Shown in pieces: positions 33,100 to 45,744 of a stretch of 64,000 nt of DNA. Origin of the DNA: Felis catus (lineage: Eukaryota); contig NC_058368.1 in the NCBI RefSeq assembly GCF_018350175.1, positions 142,478,001 through 142,542,000 on the forward strand. Reading direction: 5' to 3'. Made by a program: the position numbers and the translations under genes. The notes below the pieces were generated by a model. That model was not told the DNA's origin and did no database searches. It worked only from the letters and a program-made list of their open reading frames with translations. Position 1 is the first letter of the stretch. Every line of letters starts with the position of its first letter.

Positions 33100-34500
33100 A
33101 AAATGCAGCCCAGATCTGAAAAGCAGCTGACGTCTGTGGCCGGCGTGACCCACACGCCACACACCAGGCCCCACGCGGGCGACCAGCGGGCAACCAGCCA
33201 GCGACCCCCACCCCCCGAGGCGCGGTACCAGGCGCGCAGTGCCCGGCGCCGAGCTGCGCCCAAGATCCGTGCGCCCTGGGTGTCCGCGGGAACGGCCGGA
33301 CGAAGCCCGTCGGTGGCGGCGGGAGAGCTCGGCTCACGCCGGCTTCCCGGCAAGTCGCCGTTCCAGGCACAATTTTTCCACTTCTGCTGCCGGCAGCCGC
33401 GGCGGTGAGAGCAGAAACAGCCGATCCCTCCCATTCCCAGCCCCCGACACCCGTCCCAGTCCCGGGGACGGTCCTCTTCCCTCCCCGCGGGTTCCGGGAG
33501 CGCGGGAGCGCGGTTCCCGCGCCAGCCGCCGCGCACACAGCCCCGGCTCCGCCGGCCGCGACGGTTCCGCCAGCGCCCGGGCTGGGTAGCCCTCGCCGGC
33601 GCCGCCCGACCCCACCTGGCCGGGGCTGCGGGCTCTCCCTCCTGCAGCACGCGCGGGGCCCGGCGACTCCAACTCACCCGGCCCGGCTCTGTGTCTCCGG
33701 CCCCGAGCTCGCAGCCTTCCCCCGCCGGGGCTTTCCGTTACGCCTCCTCGCAGCCAGCCGCTCCGGGAGGGAGGAGGCGGCGGGAGGAGCGGGCGAGGGA
33801 GGGGAGGGGAGAGGAGAGGGTCCCCGGGTGGGGGAGGAGGCGAGGCGAGAGTGCCGAACTCCGCCGCCGCCGGCGGGGCTAGCGAGGAGGAAGGAGAGAA
33901 AGGGGCGGGGGCGGAGAAAGAAAGAGGCCGCCGAGCCTCCCTGCCCAGGACCCGGCCCCGCGCCGCAGCCCAGTCACCCTCGCCGCCCGGGTCCCGCTCT
34001 CCGGCCGGGCGTCCGGGGGGAGGGGTCGGGGCCCGGGGCTCTCCCGGCGCGGCGCGCGGGCGGGGCGGCCGGGGGCTAGGCGGGGGCGGTGGCGGGCCGA
34101 CGAGGCCCGGCCTCCGGAGGGGAGTGTCCTGCGGGGCCCGGGAGGCTGTTGGCGAAAGGGGATCCCCGGGAGGAGGGGCAGAGGCCCCGGGGCCTGGGAG
34201 CGGGTCACTGCGCCCGCCGGGTGGCGGCGGCGGCGGCGCCTCCTGGAATCCTGCGGGGGACCCCGGGGCCGCGGCGGGGAGCCTTCGGGGGGCAGTTTCG
34301 GGAAACCGTCTCAGGAGCGCCGGCAATGAGCACGGCGCAGGCGGGGAGCTGCAAAGTCGGAGTCGAGGGTGATAGGCCGGACGCCTTCCGCGGATCGCCG
34401 GCCCTGGAGCGCCCAAAGCAGTTCCCCGGGCCGGGGCGGGGAGCGGGAAAACGTCCGTCCGGTGATCCCCGGGGATCCAAAGCGGGAGGGTGGGTTGGGG
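33100..34500. promoter_or_regulatory. CpG island / promoter of a minus-strand gene
   Basis: Abrupt very high GC content with dense undepleted CpG against a CpG-depleted background; GC boxes such as GGGGCGGGGGCGG at ~33902-33914 and ggggcgggg at ~34432; no SINEs inside. Confidence 0.95.
33678..33900 (-). other. Probable non-coding first exon (5' UTR) of an unidentified minus-strand gene; the start near 33890-33900 is approximate
   Basis: Plus-strand actcac at 33672-33677 is the minus-strand donor CGG|GTGAGT. There is no CAT (minus-strand ATG) in the interval. A pyrimidine-rich initiator-like tract lies directly downstream of a GC box on the minus strand. Confidence 0.7.
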
Positions 34501-35437
34501 CTGCCTGGACCCCCATCCTCACCTTCCTCTCCCGGAGAGGAGGCTCCAGGAATAAGTTTCTTTGCCCTGTGATTTTGTAGGTGAGGAAACTGCAAGCCGT
34601 CACAAAGAATAATTGTACATAGATAGCTTGGGTTTTGAAACATTCTCCTCTGCCCAAAGTACGCTCTCAGGATGAATTCCTAAGTCACTTTAGCCGACAG
34701 TCTGAAAAGGCATCCTTGTTGGAGAGGGCACTGATTCCCCTCTGCCACCCCAGAGTGGCACCAAAAACTACAGTTAAATGGCCACGAATTAAGGTGGCAA
34801 TATTTCTTGTGATTTAAACTTGGGGACGTGGCCGGGCACACCCTTCTTGTCTTTTTTTCCTGTCAGACTTGCTCCTGTCCCCAACTTCTCTGCCTCTGGT
34901 CTGGGATACCTGTATCCACCAGTCGCCTGAACTCAGACCCTACTAGTCAATCCGGAACCTCTCTTTCAATGCCATAGCCGCTCCCACTGGATTCTGCATT
35001 TTAAGGTCTTCCCACTTGCCCTGTCCTTTCCAAGTCCAAGTCCATCTTCCTGCTTTTCGCTGTTTGGGGGCCTTAATGATCTCAGCGGCCTTGCCCCCCT
35101 TCCTTGCTCTGACCCTCTTTGCAGGGGCATCCATCTGCACATGCCCATAGGGTAATGGTTCTAGAGCACTGCTCAGGCAGGCCACTTCCTGTTTGAAAAG
35201 CTCTCCGGAGGCACTTCGCCACAGAAAATCCTGAATTTAAACCTCTTGTGTTCAAACCCGTCCACTTACCCACTCCTCAGAGCCTCACTTGCCAGCTGGG
35301 ACTCCTTCCCTCCTCCCAGAAGGTTCCATACTGTATCCACTTGGGAGTTGCTGATGCTCTTGCCAGAAATGGAGTGCTCTCTTTTATCTTCTCCCACAGC
35401 TAAATCCTACTTATCTTCATTGAACTTGAAGTTTGTA

Positions 35438-36067
35438 GTACATTTCTTCTATAAAAGGATGTGTGTGTTCTTCCCATTTTGTGAAATCATATGCTAGAAA
35501 TAACAAGGCTTATGGGGAAAGTAGGGTTAGCAACAAACGAGCCCAAATCTATATAACATTGCAACTAGAACACTAACAAAACAGTAACGGATCCAAAAAA
35601 CATACTAGCAGAGTTTATGGCCGTGTTAAATTCCTAATAAATATTGCGGTAAATATATAGGACTTTACCTTTAAAAAAGGATGCAGGTAACTGATGAAGA
35701 GATTGGAAGGAGAGTTGTTTGAGGCTGTTGCATTAGGAAGAGAAGCACAAAACCTAAACGTAAGAGGTGAGTTCCCCCCTGACAATAAGCCCTCCCAAAT
35801 TAGAACTCATGGTGAGACCAAAATCCAAAAGAAAGAACACAAGGTGAATGGGCATCCGCCATAGCACTGTGTATTCTCCACAACTGGCGGTCTGCTGTGT
35901 TTTTGCTTGTAGCTGCTGTTACTTGGTAGTGCGAAATAGTAAAGCGCTGGGAACAATTGCTTATGAACCAACACAACCACCCCAGTTTATTAATATCCTT
36001 TCCCTACATGTCAATCACGAATGAGTTCGTTTGTGTTACGTATATTCTCATTACAGAAACAGGCTGG
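35438..36067 (-). mobile_element. Ancient Tigger (Tigger12/13-like) DNA transposon remnant
   Basis: Minus-strand ends 'cagcctgtttctgtaat...gtgattgacatgtaggga' and 'ctaaccctactttccccataagccttg...gaacacacacatccttttatag' resemble recalled old Tigger ends. Confidence 0.5.
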
Positions 36068-39067
36068 TAACGGAGGAGACTGGACTTAATTCTACGTTTA
36101 GAAATTAGAATGTACTTCATTCCACACATCTATCGAGCACCTTACCATGTGCCAGGAACCGTTTCAGGCACAGAAGGTGCCTCAATGAACCAAGAGAAGC
36201 ACAAACATGTCCGCCCTCGTGGACTGTGCTGAGTACCTAAACGTGGCATCACAGGGTGGTATTACATACTTCATATGTGTGTCATTTAAATTAGTGCCTC
36301 GTCTACATCTCAATCTCTCTGAAGCCTAGAGTTGAGCTTTATGTTTTTGTATCTTTCAGAACGGCTGACACAGTAAATACCTACTGGGACATGTAAATTA
36401 GGAAGTCTATGCTCATTTTATGCCTTGAATTCACAGGAGAATCGCCTGGGTGATCAGAAAGTAAAGTTTTCTCAGAACTGTGTTTGTTGCGATTTGGGTT
36501 AAAATTTCCCCCCATATAGGATCATTTGGATCCGAAGAGTAGAAAAATGACACTTGATGCGAAGGAGAAAATTAACAATGGGACAAGGGAGGGACAACAG
36601 AGGAAAGAGAGGCTACAAGATACAGTTCAAGAAGAAAGTACTTCAGTTTTCTGGAAAAGTAGCTGGAGAAAGAGGGATAATCAGAGGAACTTTGAGATAC
36701 TGTGGATGCTGCTTCTTTCGTGTGCTCCAGCCACATGTTCAAGAAACACTTGATGGGAGACGAGTGAGGAAGAAATTATAAGAAATTAAAGGGTACCTGA
36801 AGAGTTTGGTCAAATGACAAGGAGGCCTTGGAAGAAAATAATTATGAGCCACTAGATAGGTCACAAGGTAAAATTATAGCGGTGCCTGGCTAAAGTGTTG
36901 TGATTCTGAACTTACTTGCCTGTACAAATCACTCATTTCTCTGAACATTATACTCCACCTAATGTAACTTGCATCAACAGGGCTAGGTATGTTTCATGTG
37001 CGAACATTTTGTATCCTATTCTGAGTGTGAATCTGCTTGGAATGCAAATAAAATCTGCACTTACAACAGACAGATTTGATATATTTTCATGATTGTCAGC
37101 ATACTGAATATAGATTAACTTTAAATTTTCCTATTCATCTTCATAAAAACTACCCTCTCAAATCCACCTCCCCCGTGTTTTAGAGATTGATATTTCCTAA
37201 ACCATGATCTAGATACACACTCAGAAATCAATGTCTTTTGAAGATCACCTGAAAGATGAAATGATTTAAGCAGAGAATCTCTTCAAGGAACCTAGCAAAA
37301 TTGCAGTTCACCAAACTGAGATCCTGTGAAAAGTCACAGTCTCTTAAAAACCATCACTATGCGTTGTTGCCCATGAATCTAATCATACAAAGAAGTCATC
37401 TGAAATTCTAAGAATCCATTTTCCTTGACAAATACAGATGGAGAAAAGGCAGTTTTGAGCACAAAGACTTGAAAAGCTCTCCTGATTAAAAAGGGCTCTG
37501 GCCAATTAAAACCAGTGCTCTCATCCACATGAGACAGAGTGGTCTTTTTGGCTACAGAAATTGGCTTGGCCGAAGTATCCGATGGACTCAGCCACATCAT
37601 ATTTAATTTTCTGCTTCTAACTGGCAGTTTTTAACTCAAAGGTGAACATGACGCTCGTAAATACTAAAGAAATTTCCCCATTTGTACTGAAATCTCATTA
37701 CCAAGATGCTAGGCTATTTGTTGAATGAGGATAGCAAAATGTCTCCAAGTGAGAACAAATATTACAGATGCAAATCAGGTCGTAGGATTTTTCAGTAACT
37801 GCATTACAGGAGGGCAGTAGGACCAAGTCAGATATAAAGGGCCAAGAGCTCCTGATAAAGAAAATCTCAATGATTTGTAGAAAACACTTCCTTAATTTTC
37901 ACACATGTATTGAGGACACCGTCCACACAGGAGCCAAAGGAAAACATGGTTCTAAAAATACACTGTGGCTAAGTCATAAAAGAAAAGAGCACACAGAACT
38001 TTGGGCATTTGCTGTCTTCTGACAAAACCAGAAGTTGTTGGCCACTTTTGTCTTCAAACCACAGCCTCTACCTTGCAGCCTTCCTTTTTTCTGTAAGTGA
38101 CACAAGGGTTTTAATTTGTCATTGACTTCTCTTAAAGAAGTGCTCTGCTTTCCTGCCTATAGTTCCAAAACTTGATTCCACATGACTAGCAAAACTCAGC
38201 TCAAGAAGGTGCTCTATTCATTTCCTCCTATTATGTCACTGCTACCATAAACAAATCCATCTGGCCCTCATCCAATTGAGATTGCCCCTGAAGTGAGGTG
38301 GAAATTTCCATACAGTGAGAATGTTCAGCTGCAATATTACTTCATATGTTGCATGTAAATTCAGCAACATTCTTAGCTGCTCAATAACATGCAACTGGTA
38401 AATTAAATTCATTCCAAATATTCACCTGCAGACATTTTCCTGGATTACAAACTTTTCCCTGAAGAGGTACAAAATACAAAGAAGCTTGGGGGATTAGCTG
38501 TCTTATGGTGTTCATGACCGGCATAAAACCACCCAATGAAAGCATGCTTTAGCCTTTTATTACAACAATGCTGTACATCTGGTCCCTGACTTGTGCTTTA
38601 TCTTTTCTATTATGAATTATCTGTTGCTCTCAAAACCTCTAAGAGGTAAGATTTTACAATTAGGCTCATTAGTACCTACAATAAAATTTGGAACGTTCTC
38701 AGTGTTATTCAGTAGCAATGCTGAGATGAGATTTTGAGGAAACCACTGCTGTTTTGTGCAGTGAAGAGGATGCTTGTCCCTAATCTGGACCAGACTGAAA
38801 AACCCAATCTCCAAACTGAAAACCTTGCCTTGAAGGAAAACTTTTCCTTTCCTCTCTTTCAATTGTCTTCTGAAAACAGGAAGTGCAACATGTATATCTA
38901 TAAAACTAGCAATTGCTGGATACCCTATTTTCACACAGTGCTAGAGTTAGAAGATGCATTATTTTCTATTGGTAATATAATTATTAAGTATTATTGACCA
39001 TAACATGTATTCTGCCTATCTCCATATGGCCCTGGGGTTACTTGATATTAAAAACAATAGAAGGCAA

Positions 39068-39248
39068 GGGGTGCCTGGGCGGCTCAGTTGGTGAAGCATC
39101 CGATTCTTGGTTTCAGCTCAGGTCATGATCTCACAGTTTGTGAGTTCGAGCCCACTCATTTAGGATTCTCTCTCCCTTTCTCTCTACCCCTCCCCTGCAC
39201 TCTCACTCTCTCTCTCTCTCTCCCTAAATAAATAAACGTAAAAAAAAT
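39068..39248 (+). mobile_element. Can-SINE with internal deletion
   Basis: TSD aatagaaggcaa on both sides. Confidence 0.9.
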
Positions 39249-40394
39249 AATAGAAGGCAATAAGTTCTCTTACCAGTCTTGACTTACCACAGTTGAGCAT
39301 TAAATTTAGCTCTGGGCTTTCCAGAGCCAAGGCAAGAATCACATACAATGAATAATACAGTTCTCATGGTCTGGTAAAAGAATCAGAGTTGTTCTTCAAG
39401 TTAGACAAACTTTTTCCTGGCATTAACTTCTAAGAGGAATTGAATCATGGGAATCCTTACATAAGAGCCACTGGGCAATCTAAACATCTGGGTGCAGCAT
39501 CTTCACTGAGAGAAAGCAGTAGACTCGTGCCCTGCAGAGCAGAGAGGGTAAAAAGTTCACAAGAAATGACAGAATTGTCTAGACTGTGTTTCTGTCATGG
39601 CTGAAACCGCATTATCTAAACTGAACTCTCTAGATCCTGAGACCCAAAGGATACTGTCCCTGCCCTCCATTAAAAAAAAAAAAAAAATTAAAGTAATAAT
39701 GAAAAAATGTAAAAGCTTTGTATTAAATGAATTATGCAAAAAAAATGCCATTACTTCACTGATTTCGCAAATCTTTCTCAGTTATAAACCTTCTATTATT
39801 TCACATAGAATGCATTTGACAGCTGTGACCTGTGTTCATTTCAGAACAACCTTGGGAAGGTTTTCAATGAAAAAAGAATTAAGGACAAGGCCAACCCACA
39901 CAACTAAGACTCGTTCTAGTTTTTCTTCCAACTAAATGGCATTGTGCTATGCTAATTATACAAAATAATGTTCAATCATTTTGAGTCATATAAATGAAAC
40001 TAACATTAGCTGTGAAATTAAAGTGAGCCAATAAACTAGTTTTTATCGTTGAAAAATGATTTCTCTAAATATCTTGTGAAATGCTGCTTTTAGACAATGG
40101 TCTGAAAATAGTATATATATTAGTATAAGTATAATATAAGTACCTCTTTAATTTTCTGGAGTGTCATGAGAAAAATGTTTGATATTAATGAATTCAAGTA
40201 CCTCTACTGCCTTCAGATGCAGTTTGTGTTCACTAAGCATGCAGTAATAAAAGCTCCTTGTTATGAAAGATCATGGACTTTGGATTCCTAGGGACTGTGT
40301 ATAAATACCACTTCCTTCTCCATTGGTTAAAAAAGGATCATAAGCAAGTTACTTTACTTTCACGAACTTTACTTTGCTTGCCTTTTAAATATTA

Positions 40395-40509
40395 AAAAAA
40401 AAATTTTTTTTTTGTTTTAAGTAGGCTCCACACCCAATATGGGGCTTGAACTCATGATCCTGAGATCAAGAGTCACATGCTCCACCCACTGAGCCAGCAA
40501 AGCACCCCT
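40395..40509 (-). mobile_element. Short Can-SINE inserted within a MIR (~40260-40640)
   Basis: 'aagtaggctccacacccaatatggggcttgaactcatgatcctgagatcaagagtc'; MIR core sequence on both flanks. Confidence 0.82.
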
Positions 40510-40764
40510 ATTTTTCTTGTTTTTAAGTGAGGATAATGCTACCTATTGCATGGAATTATTATGACTTTACATGATTGTTATTACAATGTGTGTGAAGGTT
40601 TCTACCAAAATGCCTAACATATAATAGGTTCCCAACAGATGTTTATTCCCTCCCCTTGACATCCGTATTCCTGCAAAAAGAATTTTCTCCAAGTTAAAGA
40701 GGCCACTCTTCCAATTTGCCTATTACACAGTTTTCCTATACTGTTTTTTTTTTTTTTTTTTTTT

Positions 40765-41780
40765 AATGACATGAGAATCAAAACACTGTGGTGCTGGTAT
40801 AAGCATAGATGGCCTAAAATGGAAAGTCCAGAATAAACTCACATTTATGGTCAACTGGTTTTCAACAAGGGTGCCAAGACATTTCAGTGGGGAAAGAATA
40901 GTTTTTTCAACAAATGGTGCCGGGACAACTGGATATACACTTGCAAAAGAATTAATAGAACCCCTACCTCACAACATAGAGAAGAGTTGCTCAAAGTGGA
41001 TTGAGACCTAAATATAAGAGTTAAAACTATAAAACTCCTAGAACACAGAGGAGTAAATCTTCATGACCTTGGGTAAGTCAGTAATTTCTTAGATATGATA
41101 CCAGAATCATAATTAACAAAAGAAAAAATACATAAATTGTACTTCATAAAAACTAAAAACTTTTGTATGATAAGAGGACACCATCAAGAAAGTAGGAGAA
41201 AAACACAGAACTGGTTAAAATATTTGCAAAACATGTATCTGATTAGGCACCTTATCCAGAATATATAAAGAACTCTTACCAGTCAGCAATAAAAAGACAA
41301 TCCAATTAAAAAATGGACAAAGGATCTGAATAGATATTTTCCCAAAGAATATATACAAATGGCCAATTAGCACCTGAAAAGATGCTCACCATCATTAGTG
41401 ATCAGGGAAATGCAAACCAGGAAATGCAAAACCATACTACACGCGCCAGTATGACTAAAATAAAGAAGCCAGGAGCAAAAGAGCACAAATTGTATGATTC
41501 CATATATAGGAAATGTCTAAAATATGCAAATCTGTAGGGAAACAGAAAATAGTTTAGTGTTGCCTAGGGCTGGGGTGGAGGTTGGGGGTAGGAGGAAGTG
41601 AGCAGTGACTACTAACGGGTATGGATTTCTTTCGGGGGCCCCAAATATGTTCATAAAATTAGATTGTGGTGATGGTTACACAGCTCTGTGAATACACACT
41701 GAAAACTACTGAACTATACACTTGAGACGAGTGAATTTTATGGTATGTGAAATATATCTCAATTTATAAAAAGAAATTAA
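40765..41780 (+). mobile_element. Old L1 (L1MB/MC-like) ORF2 3' part and 3' UTR, degenerate
   Basis: 'ttcaacaagggtgccaag...ttcaacaaatggtgc...aactggatat...gacctaaatataagag', 'aaatggacaaaggatctgaatagatatttt' and 'tggtgatggttacacagctctgtgaat'. Confidence 0.88.
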
Positions 41781-41949
41781 GAAAAAGGTGATAGGAGAAA
41801 TGATTGTACTGTCAACAACCAGGAATTATTTTGGCAAACATTTGCTTACTATGTGTAAGGAGGATACAAAGATGATGAAGCATGGGCTTTATACTCAAAG
41901 AGCTTAAAATCTAGTGAATGGATACAGTTCAATGAGGATCAATGCATAT

Positions 41950-42403
41950 TTTTTAAGTTTATTTATTTTGAGAGAGAGAGTGAGAGAAAGGGAGAGACAG
42001 AATGCACGAGGGAGGGACAGAGAGAAAGAGAGAGAAAGAGAGAGAATCCCAAGCAGGCTCCAGGCTGTCAGCACAGAGCCTGAGGTGGGGCTCAAACTCA
42101 TGAACCCCGAGATCATGACCTGAGCTGAAATCAAGGGTTGGATGGTTAGGGGCTCCTGGGTGACTCAGTCGGTTAAGCGTCCAACATGATCTCATATCTT
42201 GTGGGTTCGAGCCCTGTGTCAAGGTCTGTGCTGACAGCTCAGAGCCTGGAGCCTGCTTCCTAGTCTGTGTCTCCCTCTCTCCCAGCCCCTTTCCTGATCG
42301 CACTCTGTCTTCTTCTCTCTCTCAAAAATAAAACAAAAAATATTAAAAAATTATTTTTAAAAAAAGAGTTGGACACTTAACCGATTGAGCCACACAGGCA
42401 CCC
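41950..42403 (-). mobile_element. Can-SINE (-) interrupted by a second Can-SINE (+, ~42148-42362)
   Basis: Outer TSD gatcaatgcatatttt; inner near-TSD aagggttggatggtt/aagagttggacactt. Confidence 0.9.
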
Positions 42404-43290
42404 CAAGATCAATGCATATTTTGATCACCAGTGGAACCACAATTAAATAAATAACTGGAATGCATAGTGTTCATCTAATACACACTGCTGAGCACCATGC
42501 TAAGCCTGGGGATATAAAGTTTGCATGTTCTAACCCTCTATAGGCACCCAGCCTTTTGGAGTGATAGAGAACCATCTAGGTAAAAATGCCATGCTAAAGG
42601 TAAGAGCAGGTGCCAAAGAAGCTCATCAGTATTGAAAAACAGTTGGAGAAGGAGAAGAGCATTACAGGAGGTCTTCTGGGGGTGATGACATTGTTTTCAG
42701 GAGGGAGCAGGAGTTCATAACGTGAAAAGTAGAAGGCAATGCACTCAGATAAAGGAGACTGCATGCACAAAGGCCCTGAAGACCAGCAAGCACAAGGCTG
42801 AAGAACACACACAGAAGAAAAGCAAGAGATGAGAAGAAAGTGACTGGGGAGTGGGAGTGGGGGACTCATATGAGTCCCACTATGAAGTGTAACCCGAGGT
42901 CTCCAGGAAGCCGCTAAAAGTTTTCAATCCCAGGATGGTCCAGTCTTGTTGTAGGTTGCTCTGCCTGGAATGGAACTGGGTACGAGGAGAGGGACTGGAT
43001 GAGAACAAGACCAGAAGTAGAGAGACCACGCTTCCAGGAGAGTGGGGATGAGGACCTCTATCAGGGCTGATGGTGGGCTCACAGCACCAGCTGGGGGGTC
43101 AGTGAAGGAAAACAAGTCAAGGATGGCCTCCAGGTTTCCAGGCCGGGTGGTACATGGCAGGCTGTGTCATCCACAGAGGTAATAAACATGTCATAAGAGA
43201 CGGATTCCAGTGGAGGTGTGGTAAATGTGAGGTGCCCCTCATATGAGTATGTTAGAAGGTGGAGGAGGAACAGTAAAGCATCCCCCAAAC

Positions 43291-43764
43291 TGAGAAGGCA
43301 CTCTGAGGCCAGAAAACAAATCAGGTGACTGTGTCCAGTTTACACAGAGTTTTAATCAGGGTAACTTACTTGGGGGGGGGGGGGCGGTAGGCAGACTGGG
43401 CAGAGGACAATCAACGGGAGCTGCATAGTTATTCTCTAAAAAGTCTGGACCTTAGTCTAGATTTTACAGAGCGAGGGGACACACATAAGGGCATTGTCGT
43501 GAGATCAGAGGGTTTGCATGTACCTAACTGACAGCTAACCTTTAATCAGATTTTGTGGCGCTACGTGTGTGTCAGGAAGGGGAAAACCATCCTATCTCTA
43601 ACAGATTCACAGGAGGCCAAAATAAGCCTCCCCCCATTCCTGGCCTTAATGGGTATTTGTAAGGCATGCATGTATATTAATCTTCAGAACACGCAGCTGC
43701 AAGAGAGGTCATCAAGTAAACACAAACAAGATGGAGGGCCACAGATGGAATTAGGACTCCTACA
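43291..43764 (-). mobile_element. Probable ERV solo LTR
   Basis: On the minus strand it starts TGTAGGAGTCC and ends GAGTGCCTTCTCA (TG...CA), is about 470 bp long and has ATTAAA about 65 nt before the 3' end. It sits next to L2-like sequence. No matching TSD was found. Confidence 0.55.
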
Positions 43765-44881
43765 GAGTGCAAAGTTGTCGTAGGCCACGGATAGGCAAAA
43801 CTGGAGCTTCCCTCCTGGAAACATTAAAGACCAGGGTCAAATCCTTCCCTTCGCCACCAGATTGTGGAGTCAGGTCCAGTTATACCTTCCTCAGTACCCG
43901 AGTCAAGGGCAAGCCTTCAGGCACTAGAAGACACCAATTTCTCTCTCAATCACTCAGACCGTACCAACAATTAGGCCTGATAAATCTCAGCATACTAAAT
44001 GCATTCTAACCAAACGAAATATTGTTAACAGGCTGTGGGAAACATTCCCTCAAGAGACTTCACCGTCCAGGTTCTGATGGAGGCTGGGAGACTCTCTAGA
44101 CATTTATCCAAGTTGGGTTGAATCAAATATCATTGTCCTTTATTTTGGGGACATGTGAAATGCACCAGTTGTCTAAACTAGGTTTCCTGATAGGCATCAT
44201 CTTACTAATTAGTTCCACAACTTAATAACAAAAAGAAATTTCCCCTCGTTTCGAGTTGTTCTTTTGCACTTCTGCATACAACTACTTCAGGAGCCTCCAT
44301 GACTTTATAAACCAGGTAAGGCCCTCACATCCAAATGGAAGTATTGATTCTCAAGTCAAAATAAAGTTTCAGCGCAACTCATAATGCATTTATTGATTGC
44401 TGATGGGATCAAAATTAACATGAAAAAATAATCAGTAAAACCATCCTAAAAATAAAGCCGCATCAGAAACAATCTCTGTGTCTTGTAATGTGGGACTCTG
44501 TCAGTGCATAGTTCCCTTAGAAACCTGAACTTTCTTTGACCTGGCAGAAAGTAGCCATTTCAGCATAGGATGAAAGACAATATGATATGCCTGTTGAAAA
44601 GTAAACAATCGTTCAAAGTGCATTTTAACCTCAGAGCCCTCAAAAGAAAAAGCAACTACCATGTTTACTGATAACACAAAAGGAATTCAGGAGAAACATT
44701 TCAAACTTAGAAAACAAATTGTTAAATCTCTCTTACCCTTTGTCTGAAACTGGCTGTGGTCCAGAAGCATAGATTCTTTCTCTCAGCCCAGCACACTTCC
44801 CAAAGCTTCTACGTTCATGACATTGTAAGTGAAGGAAATCTGCCAAAGCCTGAACGTAACAGTGCCAACAACCTGCTAACA

Positions 44882-44941
44882 TTTTTAAAAATTTTTTAAA
44901 CATTTATTTATTTTTGAGAGACAGAACATGAGTGGGGGAGG

Positions 44942-44983
<42 letters not shown>

Positions 44984-45112
44984 ATCCAAAGCAGGCTCCA
45001 GGCTCTGAGCTGTCAGTATAGAGCCCGATGTGGGACTCTGAACCCAAGAACTAGGAGATCATGACCTGAGCCAAAGTCAGACGCTCAACACACTGACCCA
45101 CCCAGGCGCCCC
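44882..45112 (-). mobile_element. Can-SINE with (GA)n
   Basis: Near-TSD acctgctaacatttt/acctgctaatatttt. Confidence 0.92.
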
Positions 45113-45744
45113 ACCTGCTAATATTTTAATGTAAGAGACTGTGCATTTATTGTGTCCTTCAAGGAACTACCTTGAGAAAATCTCTCATTTTTCAACATTG
45201 TGAAATCAAGTCATTTAATAATGTTTGTTTATATGCATAAGTTGAATTTTAATAAATTTATAGTCTTATTATACTTTTTATAACCCAAGTCTCTCAAATC
45301 TTCATGGAAATTATTAGCAATAGTATATGGCATCTTACAAAGTATAAATGGCAGCTATGGTGATTCAGTTATTATCTCAGGCCATTCTAGGTAGTGGTGA
45401 ATGAGAGAATTAAATGTTGGTTTCTATTTTTGTGTTTATTGTCCAAGTCCCAAGCAAGCCCAGGATTTAATTGTAGGCCATTTTTCTAATAAAGAACCTA
45501 ACCAAACATTCTATGTGGCAGTTGGATGGTATGAAAATGCTTTTAGAAGATTCATTTCAAGGTTTTATTTTATTTGTATCTTGAGAGAACTTACATTAGA
45601 CTATATCTCCCATTAAGACAAACTCATGATGGAATCATTTGCTGAGTGGGGAGTTGCAGCACAAACCAAGTGTCTAATGACCCAAGTCTTACTCTTCAGT
45701 TAATATCTCGTGACCAATTTATAGGAACCTCTCAAGCAGAAGAG

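Noticed and set aside
33678..33900. Assigning a gene symbol to the CpG-island gene
   Set aside because: No coding sequence lies in the window and I do not recognise the UTR, so any name would be a guess.
32859..34657. Many long overlapping ORFs of up to 360 aa
   Set aside because: They are Pro/Gly/Arg/Ala-rich frames on both strands caused by stop-codon scarcity in the CpG island, mostly with non-ATG starts and no recognisable domain.
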